IMG/VR virus record: IMGVR_UViG_3300043112_000040
Reading direction: 5' to 3' (one strand)
Length of the DNA: 64,000 nt
DNA from: a virus
Shown here: positions 37,545-45,793 of the stretch, in pieces
Layout: every line of letters starts with the position of its first letter
Numbering within the stretch: position 1 is the first letter of the stretch
Notes under the pieces: model-generated
What the model was told of the DNA's origin: nothing
Databases searched by the model: none
Seen by the model: only the letters and a program-made list of their open reading frames with translations
Program-made: the position numbers and the translations under genes

Positions 37545-37580
37545 AAGCCCTTGCCTGAACTAAATCAAACAAGGGCTTTC
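37545..37580 (-). terminator. Rho-independent terminator after the tRNAs
   Basis: aaagcccttg...caagggcttt inverted repeat. Confidence 0.6.
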
Positions 37581-37645
37581 TTGGAGAGGGAAACGAATGA
37601 ACAGAAACAAACCAAACAAACCAGACAAACAAAAGGGAAATTTCT

Positions 37646-37738
37646 TGGTGGACATACCTTGAATCGAACAAGGGCTAACCGCTAATCTGGCGTTCGAGTT
37701 TATAAGACTCGTCGTGCTTCCAATTACACTATATGTCC
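37646..37738 (-). tRNA. tRNA with UAU anticodon (Ile-type) and a long variable arm, 93 nt
   Basis: GGACATA/TATGTCC acceptor stem, CGAGT-CTTATAA-ACTCG anticodon arm, 21-nt variable region, CCTTG-TTCGATT-CAAGG T arm, encoded ACCA. Confidence 0.85.
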
Positions 37739-37739
37739 G

Positions 37740-37815
37740 TGGTGCCGATAGAAAGATTCGAACTTTCACTTGACAGGGCTTAAACCTGTTGCCTCTTCCG
37801 TTGGGCTATATCGGC
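37740..37815 (-). tRNA. tRNA-Leu(UAA) with a short variable loop, 76 nt
   Basis: GCCGATA/TATCGGC acceptor stem, ACAGG-TTTAAGC-CCTGT anticodon arm, GAAAG-TTCGAAT-CTTTC T arm, encoded ACCA. Confidence 0.88.
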
Positions 37816-37819
37816 AAAA

Positions 37820-38152
37820 TTAGGTTTAAGGAATTTACACAAAACAGATCAAACCTAAAACCATCTGCTCGGAACGCTTCGTTTTAAAGGGTAACTGAGC
37901 TTAACCCATCTGAAATTTCAAGAGATAAATACCCACCTATTTATCTCGCAATCCACCCGAATACGCTAGCTTTGGATTGCTCCCATTTTTATTCACAACA
38001 CTGTCTATGCGTTTAAGACTCTCACCGAGCCTCCAGTAGATATATTAATCAGTTTTGACATACTGAACCCATCAAAATAGGGCAGGGATGTTACTGGACG
38101 TATGTTATGCCTCAGACAGTAAGGCGCGTCACCTTTCTTCCGCTGTTGTGAA
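37820..38152 (-). ncRNA. Highly structured non-coding RNA upstream of the tRNAs
   Basis: No credible ORF; promoter at 38157-38185; multiple long helices (TTCACAACA/TGTTGTGAA, CTGTCT/AGACAG, TCCAGTA/TACTGGA, GCAATCCA/TGGATTGC, GAGATAAATA/TATTTATCTC). Confidence 0.55.
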
Positions 38153-38156
38153 ATAT

Positions 38157-38185
38157 CTTATAACAAAAATTAAACTAAATGTCAA
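38157..38185 (-). promoter_or_regulatory. sigma70 promoter (ncRNA-tRNA operon)
   Basis: TTGACA-N17-TATAAG. Confidence 0.75.
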
Positions 38186-38189
38186 GAGA

Positions 38190-38281
38190 AATTTTGAGCC
38201 TTTTTGATTCTTGCTCAGGAATTGTAAATAATTGTTAGCGCAATCATTTACGGGGTTGTAGCCATTGTCGAGTGGTACATT
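38190..38281 (-). ncRNA. Putative ~90 nt small RNA
   Basis: Promoter TTGACT-N17-TATAAG at 38288-38316; 11-bp hairpin GTAAATGATTG/CAATTATTTAC; terminal TGAGC/GCTCA hairpin. Confidence 0.45.
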
Positions 38282-38321
38282 AAAAATCTTATAACAAAGA
38301 TCAAACTAAAAGTCAATAGAA

Positions 38322-38393
38322 AATTTGGGCGAATTTAACTACGTGGGTTTCGCCCGGACCTCGATAGAACCATCACCGCTTGGCAATGCTTTC
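38322..38393 (-). ncRNA. Putative ~70 nt small RNA
   Basis: Promoter TTGACA-N17-TATATA at 38400-38428; ends in a GGGCGAA/TTCGCCC hairpin followed by AAATTTT. Confidence 0.4.
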
Positions 38394-38424
38394 ATTCTTT
38401 ATATAACAAATGTTGAGGTAATTG

Positions 38425-38601
38425 TCAAGAGTTTTTTAATTTAATTTCAATATAAAAACCAGGCCATTCAGGATCACACCAGCGAGATTCATAAAAACTC
38501 ATCAACGCATTTTGAATTGCATGTGCCTCATTCAAGGCTACTCCTTCCCAACTTTTCCTGAGATCAGTTTCATAATAAAAATTAACTGCATATTCAAACA
38601 T
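38425..38601 (-). CDS. Small hypothetical protein
   Basis: GGAGG RBS before MFEYAVNF. Confidence 0.55.
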   Translation of the reverse strand: MFEYAVNFYYETDLRKSWEGVALNEAHAIQNALMSFYESRWCDPEWPGFYIEIKLKNS

Positions 38602-38660
38602 GACCAATATCCTCCATTTGTTTTTGTTGAAATACTTATTATACTGAATTGAGAAGAATG

Positions 38661-39563
38661 TCAAGAAAAAACTTCACTTCTAATCTCATCAACTTTCTCC
38701 AAACCACATTCCCCTACATCCTTCATAACATCATCTTTATCCCAAATAAAAATATTAGTTTGAACACCTAACAAAGAAATCTTATTAGCAACATTCTCAG
38801 CCTGTACCTTACCGGGACCATCATTGTCAAACAAAACTGTCACCTTCTCAACTCCTTGCCTTTTCAGAAATGCTATTTGCTTATTTGTGACTTCAACTCC
38901 CATGGTAGCAATTGCCCCACTTCCAAACGTCCAGCGGTCCATTAAACCTTCCACAAGAACGGCATGAGAACCAACCTCGTCAATACCATACAAGCACTGA
39001 GCGGCAGGAATAAGAGAATCCTCGGCGGCGGCGTTTTTGTAGCGTATTTTTTCCTGCTTATATATTGTTCTGCCAACATAAGACGCAAGGATATTGTTCA
39101 TATAAATAGGAATAATAATTCTATACGCCCAATGAGGATTTAGATTTGTGAATGATTTCAGATCATAGCGAGTTTCTAAGTATTCTGGATCAAATCCTCT
39201 TTGTTTAAGATACTGCTTGTGTGGATTTTCCAAGTGATTAATCATGCCCATTGGGAATTTGAATGTTCCTTTTATTTGTTGGTGTTGGTAAGGTGTGAAA
39301 TCTTTTTTAGAATTTTTATATTCCTTGTAGACTTCTTTTATTGGTGCAGAGGATTGTTCTTTTACGTATTCATAAATGTTTGATTTAAAAGAACATACCC
39401 AACAGTGTGTAACTCCGGTGATTGTGTTTACACCATAGCAATTCCACGCCCTGCCACAAGAAGGACAAACAGGAAGACCAAGCCATCCTTTACCAACATT
39501 TTGTGATCCAGATTCTTGGTATGGAATATTGAATTTGTCAAGAAATGATCTGACGTTAATCAT
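38661..39563 (-). CDS. dnaG: DNA primase (DnaG-like; Zn finger plus TOPRIM)
   Basis: CPSC...HCWVC, VLVEGLMD and LFDND motifs. Confidence 0.88.
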   Translation of the reverse strand: MINVRSFLDKFNIPYQESGSQNVGKGWLGLPVCPSCGRAWNCYGVNTITGVTHCWVCSFKSNIYEYVKEQSSAPIKEVYKEYKNSKKDFTPYQHQQIKGTFKFPMGMINHLENPHKQYLKQRGFDPEYLETRYDLKSFTNLNPHWAYRIIIPIYMNNILASYVGRTIYKQEKIRYKNAAAEDSLIPAAQCLYGIDEVGSHAVLVEGLMDRWTFGSGAIATMGVEVTNKQIAFLKRQGVEKVTVLFDNDGPGKVQAENVANKISLLGVQTNIFIWDKDDVMKDVGECGLEKVDEIRSEVFS

Positions 39564-40162
39564 TATGTAATCCTTCTGGCAACTCTTGTTTTCTCATTAA
39601 CCAATCCAAGAATATAAGTATCTAAACTATCTGGTATATAATATACTTTTATAAGACATTCTTCTGCTTGTCCTACTCTATGGATTCTGTCTTCTGCTTG
39701 AGACATAACAATGGCTTCCCAATGGATTTCAGCTTGCAGCATAACATGAGATTTTGTCAGTGTCAAGCCCTCTTTACCTGCCCCATAACTAAGTATAATA
39801 ACTGGTCTTTTTCCAACTTGAAAACCTTTTACTGCTTTATCTCTTTCCTTAATATTTGTCTGACCTGTTATTACATAACAATCATTTCCGAAGTGCTTTT
39901 TATACTCTTTGACTACTTGATGGTGTTCAACGAATAAAACAACAGATTTATTTTCTTTAATATATAATTTTGCATCATTAATAACAGTGGGAACCTTTAG
40001 GAGTCCTAGGTCAATACGCAATCTAGCAATGGATTTGTCTGCTCGTAGTTTTGGTGGAATTTGATTTAACTTATTAAAAGAAGATAGACGAGTCAAGAAT
40101 TTTTTATTATCTTGCTTTATCTTTTCTTTATCAATTGTATTTTGGAAGAATGATTTATTCAT
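39563..40162 (-). CDS. SNF2-family helicase, C-terminal (HELICc) half
   Basis: VVLFVEH, ITGQT, GKEGLTLT and QAEDRIHRVGQ motifs. Confidence 0.88.
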   Translation of the reverse strand: MNKSFFQNTIDKEKIKQDNKKFLTRLSSFNKLNQIPPKLRADKSIARLRIDLGLLKVPTVINDAKLYIKENKSVVLFVEHHQVVKEYKKHFGNDCYVITGQTNIKERDKAVKGFQVGKRPVIILSYGAGKEGLTLTKSHVMLQAEIHWEAIVMSQAEDRIHRVGQAEECLIKVYYIPDSLDTYILGLVNEKTRVARRIT

Positions 40163-41120
40163 TTAGACTATATTCATTATTATTTGGTTTCATATATTTC
40201 TCAACTGCCCAATCAGGGATTTCGTGAGGATCAATTCCCTTATCATCCAAGTCTTGCTTAATCCTTTGTGAACAGGCAGCAATTTCATGCAAACCACAAC
40301 CGGGAAGTTTGTGAACTTTCTTATGACACTTCTTACATAACGTGATTCCGTTATCAACGTCATTACTAAGCATTGGATGAGTTGAGCCGGGATAAATGTG
40401 ATGTGCCTGTAAGCGGTGGGTTTCCCCGCAGATTTGGCACTTGTAGTTATCTCTTTCTAGGATTTTGTCTCTTATAAATTTGGGGAACTCTGTGCCAGTA
40501 GGTTTTGTTTTAAAACCTTTTGGATATTTTTGTTGTCTATATAATGAGCACTCTTGTTTGCATTTTTCTGAGCAATAAAGGCGAAGTTCTCCCATACCCC
40601 CATTTAGTGCTTTTATTCTATTTTGAACTTGTAGATTTGTTGGTATAAAATAATCCCTGCACGCTGAATTAGCACACTTAACTTCTAAATATCCATTTTC
40701 TGTTTCTCTTGGTTGTTCTTCTATAGTTAATTGATGACCAAATGTACTAAATAATGCAGGAGCTATTGCATATTCTTTTTTCTGTTCTAATAGATCATCT
40801 CGTTTTTCTATATAATATTCTTTTTGTTTGTTTATTATAGCATCTCGCTTTTCCATATAACGTTTTTTTCGGTATTTTAATCTATCTTCTCTATGATCTA
40901 TATGATATTCTTTTTTTTGTTCTAGAATATCATCTCGTTTCTCTATATAATATTCTTTGTGATATTTTTGATCACATTTTCTACATCTTGGTCGTATCCC
41001 CTTAAAACAAGCTTTTTGATTACTAAATTCCCACCAGTGTCTGAACCAACCACATTCAGTGCATATTTTTCCTCCCCATTCCCCATCAATATAATAAACT
41101 TTTCTTTTGTTATATGGCAT
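40155..41120 (-). CDS. HNH endonuclease, cassette 4 (type B), inserted between the SNF2 halves
   Basis: Near-identical C-terminal domain to 34586..35476. Confidence 0.88.
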   Translation of the reverse strand: MPYNKRKVYYIDGEWGGKICTECGWFRHWWEFSNQKACFKGIRPRCRKCDQKYHKEYYIEKRDDILEQKKEYHIDHREDRLKYRKKRYMEKRDAIINKQKEYYIEKRDDLLEQKKEYAIAPALFSTFGHQLTIEEQPRETENGYLEVKCANSACRDYFIPTNLQVQNRIKALNGGMGELRLYCSEKCKQECSLYRQQKYPKGFKTKPTGTEFPKFIRDKILERDNYKCQICGETHRLQAHHIYPGSTHPMLSNDVDNGITLCKKCHKKVHKLPGCGLHEIAACSQRIKQDLDDKGIDPHEIPDWAVEKYMKPNNNEYSLNE

Positions 41121-41125
41121 CTCTA

Positions 41126-41320
41126 TTAATCCTTTTCTTTAGATTGTTGTCGAATTTCGTGGACGGATGTTTTATTTCCATCTTTAAGTCCCATTCTGTT
41201 TTCCCTTGGTTTCCACCATATTTTAGATTTACAACGTGGACATATTTTAATATCTTTGTTGCGCGGGAACCATTCATAAGAACACCTTTGGCATATAAGA
41301 CCTTTAAGTGAATGTTTCAT
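41126..41320 (-). CDS. Small Zn-ribbon protein (cassette family B)
   Basis: CQRCSYEW...KICPRCKSKIWW; paralog of 35479. Confidence 0.75.
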   Translation of the reverse strand: MKHSLKGLICQRCSYEWFPRNKDIKICPRCKSKIWWKPRENRMGLKDGNKTSVHEIRQQSKEKD

Positions 41321-41345
41321 TCTACTAACCTCCTAGGTAAGTTGT

Positions 41346-41374
41346 ATTATAACAAGATTAATTCAAAAAGTCAA
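41346..41374 (-). promoter_or_regulatory. sigma70 promoter of cassette 4
   Basis: TTGACT-N17-TATAAT. Confidence 0.8.
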
Positions 41375-41482
41375 GTGTTATTTTGATTTATACTAAATGT
41401 TTTTTAATATTCGTATTTAAGTACCTAAAATTACTGACTTAAAATTTTCTTACTCGGAACTGAGATACTATATATGTATATA

Positions 41483-42604
41483 TTATATATTAACAGATAT
41501 GTATTCTACAGTCTTCTTCGGTAATTGTTCCAGCACTTGCCCTTTCTTGCGTCTAATATAGTAGTGCATCCTGAGTATTCGTCTCAACAATCTCTGATTA
41601 CTAAATCCTGTTGAGTCATAGCCATATTCTGTCTTAACTCGATTACAAAAAACATCCTCATAAAGAACTTTATCCTGCCAAACAAAATCAGGGTCTATCA
41701 GATAAAGCAAGAATCGCAAGTCCCTAATGTAGTTCTTAATTGCTGTTCCTGTCAACAACAAAGTAAACTTACTATTATGACAAATATCTTTTAATGTCCT
41801 TGCCCTCTTGCTGTTGTTGTTTGATATGTTATGGGCCTCGTCAACAATAACAAGATCAGGTCCAAATTGCAAGATGTTCTTCTTCTGCTTCGCTAAATTA
41901 TTAAAGTTGCAAATCAAAATTTCTGCCCCGTCGAGGTCCGAGGGTTTGGAATTTGCTGTTAATATATTCACTTGGGGGTTTGCGCGTGTGCCTTTATAGA
42001 ACTCTTGTTGCCAATTTTTTAAAAGACTGTTAGGTGTAACTACAATTGCTCGTGTCAAGTGTTTTTTTGGGTTTTTCTCAAAATATTTTACAAGTCCATT
42101 TTTGTCATTTGTCTTATTATAAGAAAACTTATTAGTAAATTGACAATCTAGTTTATCTTTATTAAACATGGAAAAGAAAGAATAAACACCAATAGCCTGG
42201 AATGTCTTGCCCAATCCGGCAACATCAGATAGCATACATCCTCTAAACCCCTGTTTATATCGTGTCAGAATCTCTTCTACGCCACTTTTCTGATATGGTA
42301 GGGGGGTCATATCATTTGAACAAGGAAAATCGAAATTAGAGGCAATAGAATCAAAATTTAGGGCATTGGCTTTTAATTCCCTGTAGTGTTCCCTCACATC
42401 TTTATATCGTGGAGATTTGAGCAAAGTAGAGGCAAGGGCAGGATAATACTTGAAAACGGCTTTATAAACCGTTTCCAGGTGAAATATTGGTATAATGTAG
42501 TCCTGATACTGTAGACGATATTGAACACCAAAAAGGGAAACTAGCTCTTTATGTAAAGGACTAATTAACCCTTTTTTTGGTAGGGATAGGGAGAAGGATT
42601 TCAT
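41483..42604 (-). CDS. SNF2-family helicase, N-terminal ATPase half
   Basis: LPYQKSGV, DVAGLGKT, IVDEAH, LLTGT, RRKKGQVLEQLPKK. Confidence 0.9.
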   Translation of the reverse strand: MKSFSLSLPKKGLISPLHKELVSLFGVQYRLQYQDYIIPIFHLETVYKAVFKYYPALASTLLKSPRYKDVREHYRELKANALNFDSIASNFDFPCSNDMTPLPYQKSGVEEILTRYKQGFRGCMLSDVAGLGKTFQAIGVYSFFSMFNKDKLDCQFTNKFSYNKTNDKNGLVKYFEKNPKKHLTRAIVVTPNSLLKNWQQEFYKGTRANPQVNILTANSKPSDLDGAEILICNFNNLAKQKKNILQFGPDLVIVDEAHNISNNNSKRARTLKDICHNSKFTLLLTGTAIKNYIRDLRFLLYLIDPDFVWQDKVLYEDVFCNRVKTEYGYDSTGFSNQRLLRRILRMHYYIRRKKGQVLEQLPKKTVEYISVNI

Positions 42605-42615
42605 TTACTATATAA

Positions 42616-42798
42616 TTAATAATTTTTTATTAGTTCTTTGGCTTCTTCATGTTCAGTGTTTGTTAGTGGCTTATAGCAAGGATATAAAGGTTTAAAGTTT
42701 TTATCAAATTTAAAACCTAAAGAGCAATATTCAAAATGAGGTCTATACATCATCAATGCTTTACATCTATCACACGTTCTTTTTTTACTTAATTTCAT
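42616..42798 (-). CDS. Small Cys-containing protein
   Basis: CDRC...CSLG...PCYKP. Confidence 0.55.
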   Translation of the reverse strand: MKLSKKRTCDRCKALMMYRPHFEYCSLGFKFDKNFKPLYPCYKPLTNTEHEEAKELIKNY

Positions 42799-42822
42799 GT
42801 ATTTTATCCATATATTTAATTA

Positions 42823-42957
42823 TTAGTATATAAACCTATTAACTATTTTCTCCCAAACATAACACAACTTAGTAGCAATCCCTTTGCTAATGCCGATTCG
42901 CTGGCATAGGCAATAAACATGCAGGGCGTTTAAGTGATGCTGTAGGAATGATTTCAT
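42823..42957 (-). CDS. 44-aa hypothetical peptide (not in the ORF track)
   Basis: MKSFLQHHLNALHVYCLCQRIGISKGIATKLCYVWEKIVNRFIY. Confidence 0.5.
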   Translation of the reverse strand: MKSFLQHHLNALHVYCLCQRIGISKGIATKLCYVWEKIVNRFIY

Positions 42958-42962
42958 TTTAT

Positions 42963-43250
42963 TTATTCTTCCCATTCAATCCCAAGATCATTAAGTTTCT
43001 TTTGAAATTCAGTGGGAGAATATTTATCTTTATTCAAGAGCTTAAAGCAAACAGATTGATAGTGATACATCTTGTCTGCCATGTCCTCTATTTTCTTTTC
43101 CATTTCTTCATAGTCCTGTTGATACTGCTTTTCCTCTTCTTCCATATCCCTTTGATAACCTTCAATATCATCTTCAAGGGATTCAATCTTTTCTTCTAAT
43201 TCTTCAATAAATTCAACAAGTTCTTCTTTGGTTAATTCCATATAAGACAT
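42963..43250 (-). CDS. Acidic coiled-coil protein
   Basis: GAGGAAGG RBS; Glu-rich. Confidence 0.65.
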   Translation of the reverse strand: MSYMELTKEELVEFIEELEEKIESLEDDIEGYQRDMEEEEKQYQQDYEEMEKKIEDMADKMYHYQSVCFKLLNKDKYSPTEFQKKLNDLGIEWEE

Positions 43251-43353
43251 TTTCTAACCTTCCTCTATATTGGTATTATCAATAAAAGAATAACAAGAAA
43301 GCCAAGACAACCCCAACAAATTAGAATTGCCTTGGCCTAGTTATATACATCAA

Positions 43354-43680
43354 TTATTCGCCCTTGTCAAGTTCTTCCCTGATAACCTTGATAAAAACCT
43401 TCTTTTGCTCCCGGTCATAGGCAGTCTTGAGCTTGATTCCTTCGTGTCGCTTGCTCCATCCGAAAAGAGTAGTACGAAGCGTTGCAGCTTTCTTGTCATT
43501 TTCCACGGTAAAGGTTGCCAGCTCATCCGGGGTAAGGTCTGCCAGGAAATCATACTTGGAACGCTTGGAAAAACCCTTTCGGCTTACTTCGGGAAGATTG
43601 CCCTTGGTCACTTCCATACCAGGAATGATAGGGTTATTTTTGGTTTCCATTGCCTTGGTGGTCTTGGTGGTCTTGGTCAT
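43354..43680 (-). CDS. Small basic protein, possibly DNA-binding
   Basis: AGGAG RBS; Lys/Arg-rich. Confidence 0.6.
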   Translation of the reverse strand: MTKTTKTTKAMETKNNPIIPGMEVTKGNLPEVSRKGFSKRSKYDFLADLTPDELATFTVENDKKAATLRTTLFGWSKRHEGIKLKTAYDREQKKVFIKVIREELDKGE

Positions 43681-43761
43681 TTTGTTTTTCTCCTGTTTTA
43701 AAAGGTGTTGTTTGTTTCAATCTGTTTTTAGTTTCTAGTCTAAATTTGTTGTTCTGTCAAG

Positions 43762-43899
43762 TTATTTTTTAAATTCCTCTTTGAACATTTGCTTACATTC
43801 TTTAATGGTGTAATCGTAATAAGTACGGCTTACAAGATAACCGTCAATAATATCTGAGACAGTGATGGAACCATTCACCGGGTTTTTCGTGATACTCAT
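43762..43899 (-). CDS. 45-aa hypothetical peptide (not in the ORF track)
   Basis: GGAGG RBS; MSITKNPVNGSITVSDIIDGYLVSRTYY... Confidence 0.6.
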   Translation of the reverse strand: MSITKNPVNGSITVSDIIDGYLVSRTYYDYTIKECKQMFKEEFKK

Positions 43900-44121
43900 T
43901 TTATAAACCTCCATTTAAAGTTTGTTTTTTGTTTCTGTCTCAATCAATGTGAAACCCTTATAGGCATAAAATTGAAATAATGTCAACAGAAAAATAAAAA
44001 AAAATTGAAACCACAAAAATATATAAAATTGTGTTGACATTATGAAGGATATGGACTAAGACAAGGGCAGGAATCGAGGGGAAATAACCTGAAACAAATG
44101 TTACAAAATAAAAAAAAACAA

Positions 44122-44155
44122 CTTGACAACAAACCAAAAATAGCATAAAACAAAA
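44122..44155 (+). promoter_or_regulatory. Early-type promoter, repeated at 45711-45744
   Basis: cTTGACAacaaaccaaaaatag(c/a)ata(a/g)aacaaaa occurs twice, each upstream of small genes. Confidence 0.6.
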
Positions 44156-44208
44156 ATCAAGTTGAACACAAAAACAATCAACAAATAAAAAACAAAAGGA
44201 GAGACAAG

Positions 44209-44628
44209 ATGTATAAGTTGATCATGATTGATGGAGAGGTAAGGGAAGTTGAAGAAATTCATAATTATGGCTACCTTACACTTTTGCAAATTGGAAAAGA
44301 AGAATACTATATCGCAGAGAATAGAGAAGCGGCAGGGGAGGCTTGCCGGGAGTATTGGGAGGACATGGCAGAAAATGACCCAAAGGAATTTGCTTGTTTG
44401 GTAGGAGAGGAGACTTTAATTAAGTGGGCGTTGAATCAATATGCGGGTCCGGGAAGTGTGCAAGTAAGAAACCTTGACGAATGGCTTGACCTGGTTGCTG
44501 ATTATCCCGAGGAGCAATGGGCCGGTTATGATGGTGTTGAAATTGAGGGAGTACAGTTCAATAAGAATTTAGCCGAAGAGCTTGGATTTTCTGCCGGGGA
44601 TGATGTTGTTTTGTATCGAAATAACTAG
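44209..44628 (+). CDS. Acidic early-region hypothetical protein
   Basis: AAGGAG RBS; first gene after the strand switch. Confidence 0.75.
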   Translation: MYKLIMIDGEVREVEEIHNYGYLTLLQIGKEEYYIAENREAAGEACREYWEDMAENDPKEFACLVGEETLIKWALNQYAGPGSVQVRNLDEWLDLVADYPEEQWAGYDGVEIEGVQFNKNLAEELGFSAGDDVVLYRNN

Positions 44629-44725
44629 AATAATTTTCCGCTTGACAGATAGGACTATTTGATATAAAGATAGTCCTATCAAATCAAGTTGAAAATAAAA
44701 AAACAAAAAAAGAGAGGGAAAGAGA

Positions 44726-45037
44726 ATGGCAAAAAAGTATTACTATATAGTTGAAAGTCAGTTTTGTTGTTTCGGTGGAGTAGGTAGCTGTCGCCGGGTT
44801 GCGGGGTATTATACCAACAAAAAAGAGGCCCAAAAAATAATCAATGCGCTTAGAAAACAAGCCGATAAGCATAAAATCTATTGGATTGATTTTGCATGGG
44901 AACCGCCGGTATTATCAGATTTATTGACTGTCGCTGAAAATATGGTTAATAATGACGCTCCCGCAAATTTCCAGGCCGATTATATTAGGCTTCGGCAAGC
45001 AATAGTTGAGGATTTTAGTTCTTATGAGGAGGAATAA
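44726..45037 (+). CDS. Hypothetical protein
   Basis: RBS, in the early cluster. Confidence 0.65.
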   Translation: MAKKYYYIVESQFCCFGGVGSCRRVAGYYTNKKEAQKIINALRKQADKHKIYWIDFAWEPPVLSDLLTVAENMVNNDAPANFQADYIRLRQAIVEDFSSYEEE

Positions 45038-45042
45038 ACAAA

Positions 45043-45288
45043 ATGCCTAATTATAACGAAATGAAACACAAGGTTTTTGCAAGGGCAAGTGTTCCCGATG
45101 GATATTCTGGCAATCGTGCAAACATTGAACTTGCCTTTGATGAAAAGAGCGGGAAAACCATTGCTATTTGCGATTCTGGATGCTTTACAACGCATGTTCC
45201 CCAGGCATTGAGCAAAGAGGAAAGTTTGTGGCTGATTAAGAATAATCCTACTTGTTATAAACATTTTCAGAATGTAGTGGAGGTTTAG
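45043..45288 (+). CDS. Hypothetical protein
   Basis: GAGGAGG RBS. Confidence 0.65.
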   Translation: MPNYNEMKHKVFARASVPDGYSGNRANIELAFDEKSGKTIAICDSGCFTTHVPQALSKEESLWLIKNNPTCYKHFQNVVEV

Positions 45289-45291
45289 AAA

Positions 45292-45615
45292 ATGAAAAAG
45301 ACAATCACATTCATGATCCTTATTCTGGCAATGGTTTTTAATATCAGCACAACAAACAATGCTCTTGCACAAGATAATCGTTGCGAGAAAATTTCAAGAA
45401 TGGCATATCTTATTATGCAAAAGCGACAACAGGAGTTTTCTAGGGTACGTCTTGAGCAAATACTTGAAGAAACTGTACCGGATGAAAAGGAACAGGCCGC
45501 AATTAGACAGTTGATTAAGATGGCATATGAATATCCGCGATTCTATACTGAAGAAAATCAGGAAGAAGCAGCAAGGAAGTTTGCTAATGATGTATATGGG
45601 GTTTGTGTAGACTAG
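45292..45615 (+). CDS. Secreted/periplasmic small protein
   Basis: Signal peptide MKK...ALA; two Cys residues flanking the mature domain. Confidence 0.7.
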   Translation: MKKTITFMILILAMVFNISTTNNALAQDNRCEKISRMAYLIMQKRQQEFSRVRLEQILEETVPDEKEQAAIRQLIKMAYEYPRFYTEENQEEAARKFANDVYGVCVD

Positions 45616-45793
45616 GCTTAGAATCAATTTTCAACCATTGAATTTCTAAGTTATTGAAATCTAAGACGATTTTTTCTAACTCACAACTGACATATTATAT
45701 ATACATAATGCTTGACAACAAACCAAAAATAGAATAGAACAAAAGACACAAGAGGAAAGGAAAACAAACCAACAAGCAAAAGGAAAAACAGAA

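Noticed and set aside
37990-38152. Cobalamin riboswitch, tmRNA, RNase P or SRP
   Set aside because: Only fragments (GGAA..GGTG..ACTG) resemble a B12 element. The hallmark motifs of tmRNA (tRNA-like ends), RNase P (GAGGAAAGUCC) and SRP are absent.
41375-41483. Possible self-splicing intron boundary around the HNH within SNF2
   Set aside because: No group I P7/Q/R/S or group II domain V motifs are visible; the segment is AT-rich and unstructured, and the insert carries its own promoter and second gene.
43620-43680. Short tandem repeat GGTCTTGGT
   Set aside because: It simply encodes TKTTKTTKA at a protein N-terminus.
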